This document shows, in pieces, positions 61,601-64,000 of a DNA stretch of 64,000 bases. The translations under genes and the position numbers were made by a program. The notes beneath the pieces are model-generated. The model was not told the origin of the DNA and did not search any database. It was given only the letters and a program-made list of their open reading frames with translations. This stretch comes from Orbicella franksi (Eukaryota). How positions within the stretch are numbered: position 1 is the first letter of the stretch; each line of letters begins with the position of its first letter. The stretch is from positions 15,066,001-15,130,000 of the forward strand of contig OZ116699.1 of NCBI GenBank assembly GCA_964199315.1, given 5' to 3'.

Positions 61601-63733
61601 CGGTTTTAGCTGGTGCTAATGCAGAGCATCTCGCGGGCAGCAACAGAACTGAGTGGTAGAATATGATCGCAAAGATTATAAGTGGAGATAAATGGCACTG
61701 CCACTGACGTATTTACATTTTACAGCACTTCTACTCTAAGGGAGATGAGGTTACGGCTTGCAGGCTTGAACATAAGGGACGATGCTCGCAGGGGTGAGTC
61801 CAAGTTGCATTAAGATGCTGGAGCATGTAGTTGGTATTATTGTATTTATCACTGAAATGAGAGAAGCCATTCATTGTATTCTCTCAGGGATTTGTCACCT
61901 AGCTTTATCGTATTCTTTTGTAAATTATCCCTGCATTGAGACGTCGTTGGGTCATCTTTCATCTCTTTTTCTTAACCCATTCTCAACACCGTTTTCACTG
62001 ATCTTTACTTGATTTTCTATTAAAGGAACTGATGTTCCACTTTTGAGCCCGGCCTCCTGGCCGTCCGCGGAAGATCTGGAACTGGATGACTCTCAGTTTA
62101 GGGCTCTACAGATGGCGCTGACCAAGGAATTCGCTGTCATTCAAGGACCGCCTGGAACTGGGAAGACGTACATTGGGTTGAAGGTAGATTAACAAACGTC
62201 CTCTCGTGAAAAGCTTTCATGTCTTTTTTCGCAAGAGCTAGTGGCCATTCCTCTTGTCTCCAATCTAGTCGTGTTATAAAGCATTTCTTGTGGATAGAAA
62301 TAAGTTTGCCTTGCATTTGCACGTGCAAGGTTATCTTGAAAAACAGGTAACGAGCAACCTGGAAATGGTGACCAGTTAACGCCTTTAATCATACTCATCA
62401 CAAAACTAGTAGATCCGGTTTATTCTGTAACACAAGAGGCCCAGACGTTCAACATGCCTAGTCCTATGCAGCAAAATGCTGAGATTTCAATGGAAATATT
62501 TATCGCTAGTCAAGATTAAAAGATGCCATTCGAATTCGATAATGACAGAGACCTCAAGAGCTTGCCTTGGCAGAATCCACAGAACCAATTTTGTTTGCTT
62601 CAGATTGCCAATGTTTTGTTACATAACAAGTTGAAGTGGGACACTGGAACAGAATTGCTTGGCGATGATGGTGACCAGGCCCCTCTGGTGTCTGAACGAC
62701 GGCCCATCCTTGTTGTCTGCTACACAAACCACGCCCTTGACCAGTTTCTAGAAGGAATCCATCGGTTTCATCCCGAGGGGATTGTGAGGATTGGAGGAAG
62801 GAGTCAGAGCGAGATTATGAAGGCATGCAGTTTGTCGGAATTGAAACACAAAATGCACAAGGTGACTATACGCTGAAAGCTCAATGTTATTTTATCAGTG
62901 CCATTGCGATGAAAGATGCAGCCTATTAACGAGGGCTTTCGTTCCTCAAGAATAATTGGAGAAAATAAGGACAGAAAAAAATTAAGATGGGTTAAACTTA
63001 ATTAGAGTACCTCTGGTCAATCCCGCCCGTCCTACCACGGTGAGTCGAGATGAGGGTTGGTAGTCGAGAGGAATAGAAGCAGTCTGCATGAATTATGGGA
63101 CACAAAGGTTATGAGAAAAGATGGGGTCTGAGAAAATGAAAACAAAATACAGTTGAAGCGGCTTTCAATTTAGTATGCTTAAAATTAAACCACTAGAAAG
63201 TAGTTACGTTTCACAGAGAGCTTGCACAACACAACGAACCAGTGAGAATTCTTGACAAATACACGTATAGCCGGTGCTAGACATGACTAAGTCGTTGGTA
63301 TGTTTTGGTTTCGTATTTGATTGTCTGAGTATGTCGAGCGAGAGTGTAGTAAACTGGAGCAAAACCAAAGCCATTGACACTCAGTATTTCTTTTTTGAAA
63401 TAATCTCACTTTGGTTTCTCTGATTTTTGGCGGCTCTTGTCTTGTTCTATATTCTGCAGGATAAGTCAGTTCCTCTACACATCAGAAGGGCTTTTTACGA
63501 TGCTCATTCGGAAATGGACCACACCACGACAAAACTGCAAGGTGCAGCAGAAGATTTAAAGAAATGTCTTGAAAACGTTCTTCACGAAGACGACTTGCAC
63601 AACCGTGCTCCTAGTATGACTGCTGCTCATTACCAGTCTTTAAGGCAGGTGTTTGCTGGAAGAGTTGGACATAAAGAGAGTGCAATGCTACACTGGTTAC
63701 AGCTGTCTATGAACTCGGAAATTCCTGGTCAAG
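58695..63733 (+). CDS. ZNFX1: NFX1-type zinc finger-containing protein 1 (UPF1-like SF1 RNA helicase), 5' partial, about 742 codons in the window
   Basis: Exons 58695-59412, 59515-59984, 60734-60889, 61140-61264, 61726-61793, 62026-62183, 62604-62861, 63460-63733, in phase. Signature [12 protein letters not shown]...[21 protein letters not shown], Walker [10 protein letters not shown] and [19 protein letters not shown]. The gene continues past the window end. Confidence 0.93.
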
Positions 63734-64000
63734 GTAATGAACGGATAAGTCAAGGAAACAACTATATTGTGCAGTGGTTTTAGGCTGGTTTTTAGTAGCC
63801 CCGTAAACATAGCGAGAAGAACAAGAATAAGTATAAAGACACGAATGATCATTGCAGTTATATGCACAACTTAAGCAACTGTGAAATTAAAGATAATATA
63901 TGGTCTTTCGTATATTCAGTGGCAAGAATTAATATAAATTGATGACGAAAGGAGCGAGACAGTGCAGACAAAAGCTTAAAAACAACGAACACGCTCGTTC

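Noticed and set aside
1-64000. CRISPR array, prokaryotic operon, rRNA
   Set aside because: No regularly spaced repeat-spacer array and no rRNA motifs; the window is spliceosomal-intron-containing animal DNA.

Overview
Eukaryotic, intron-rich, AT-rich animal DNA; the repeat families and gene content suggest a stony coral or other anthozoan (inference). Seven spliced genes were reconstructed by hand with GT-AG introns and consistent exon phases: TTC33 (+), adducin (-), PSMD4/Rpn10 (-), a POB1/LRB-like BTB-BACK-MATH-like gene (+), TEX36 (-), PLPBP/PROSC (+) and the 5' part of ZNFX1 (+). PSMD4/BTB and TEX36/PLPBP are head-to-head pairs with about 257 bp between start codons. Introns and intergenic spaces hold many non-autonomous elements: Harbinger-, Tc1-, Kolobok- and hAT-like MITEs, TAG/TAA-terminated elements with 9-bp TSDs, tRNA-derived SINEs and a Penelope-like fragment. 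The two best leads are: (1) a 272-bp TIR element with a perfect 9-bp TSD (26822-27093) carrying a captured piece of PSMD4 exon 7 plus its splice donor, forming an open, splice-competent chimeric exon; (2) a complete minimal type I hammerhead ribozyme in a 126-bp TSD-flanked insertion, in sense orientation inside a BTB gene intron (41631-41675). No rRNA, true tRNA or CRISPR array was seen.
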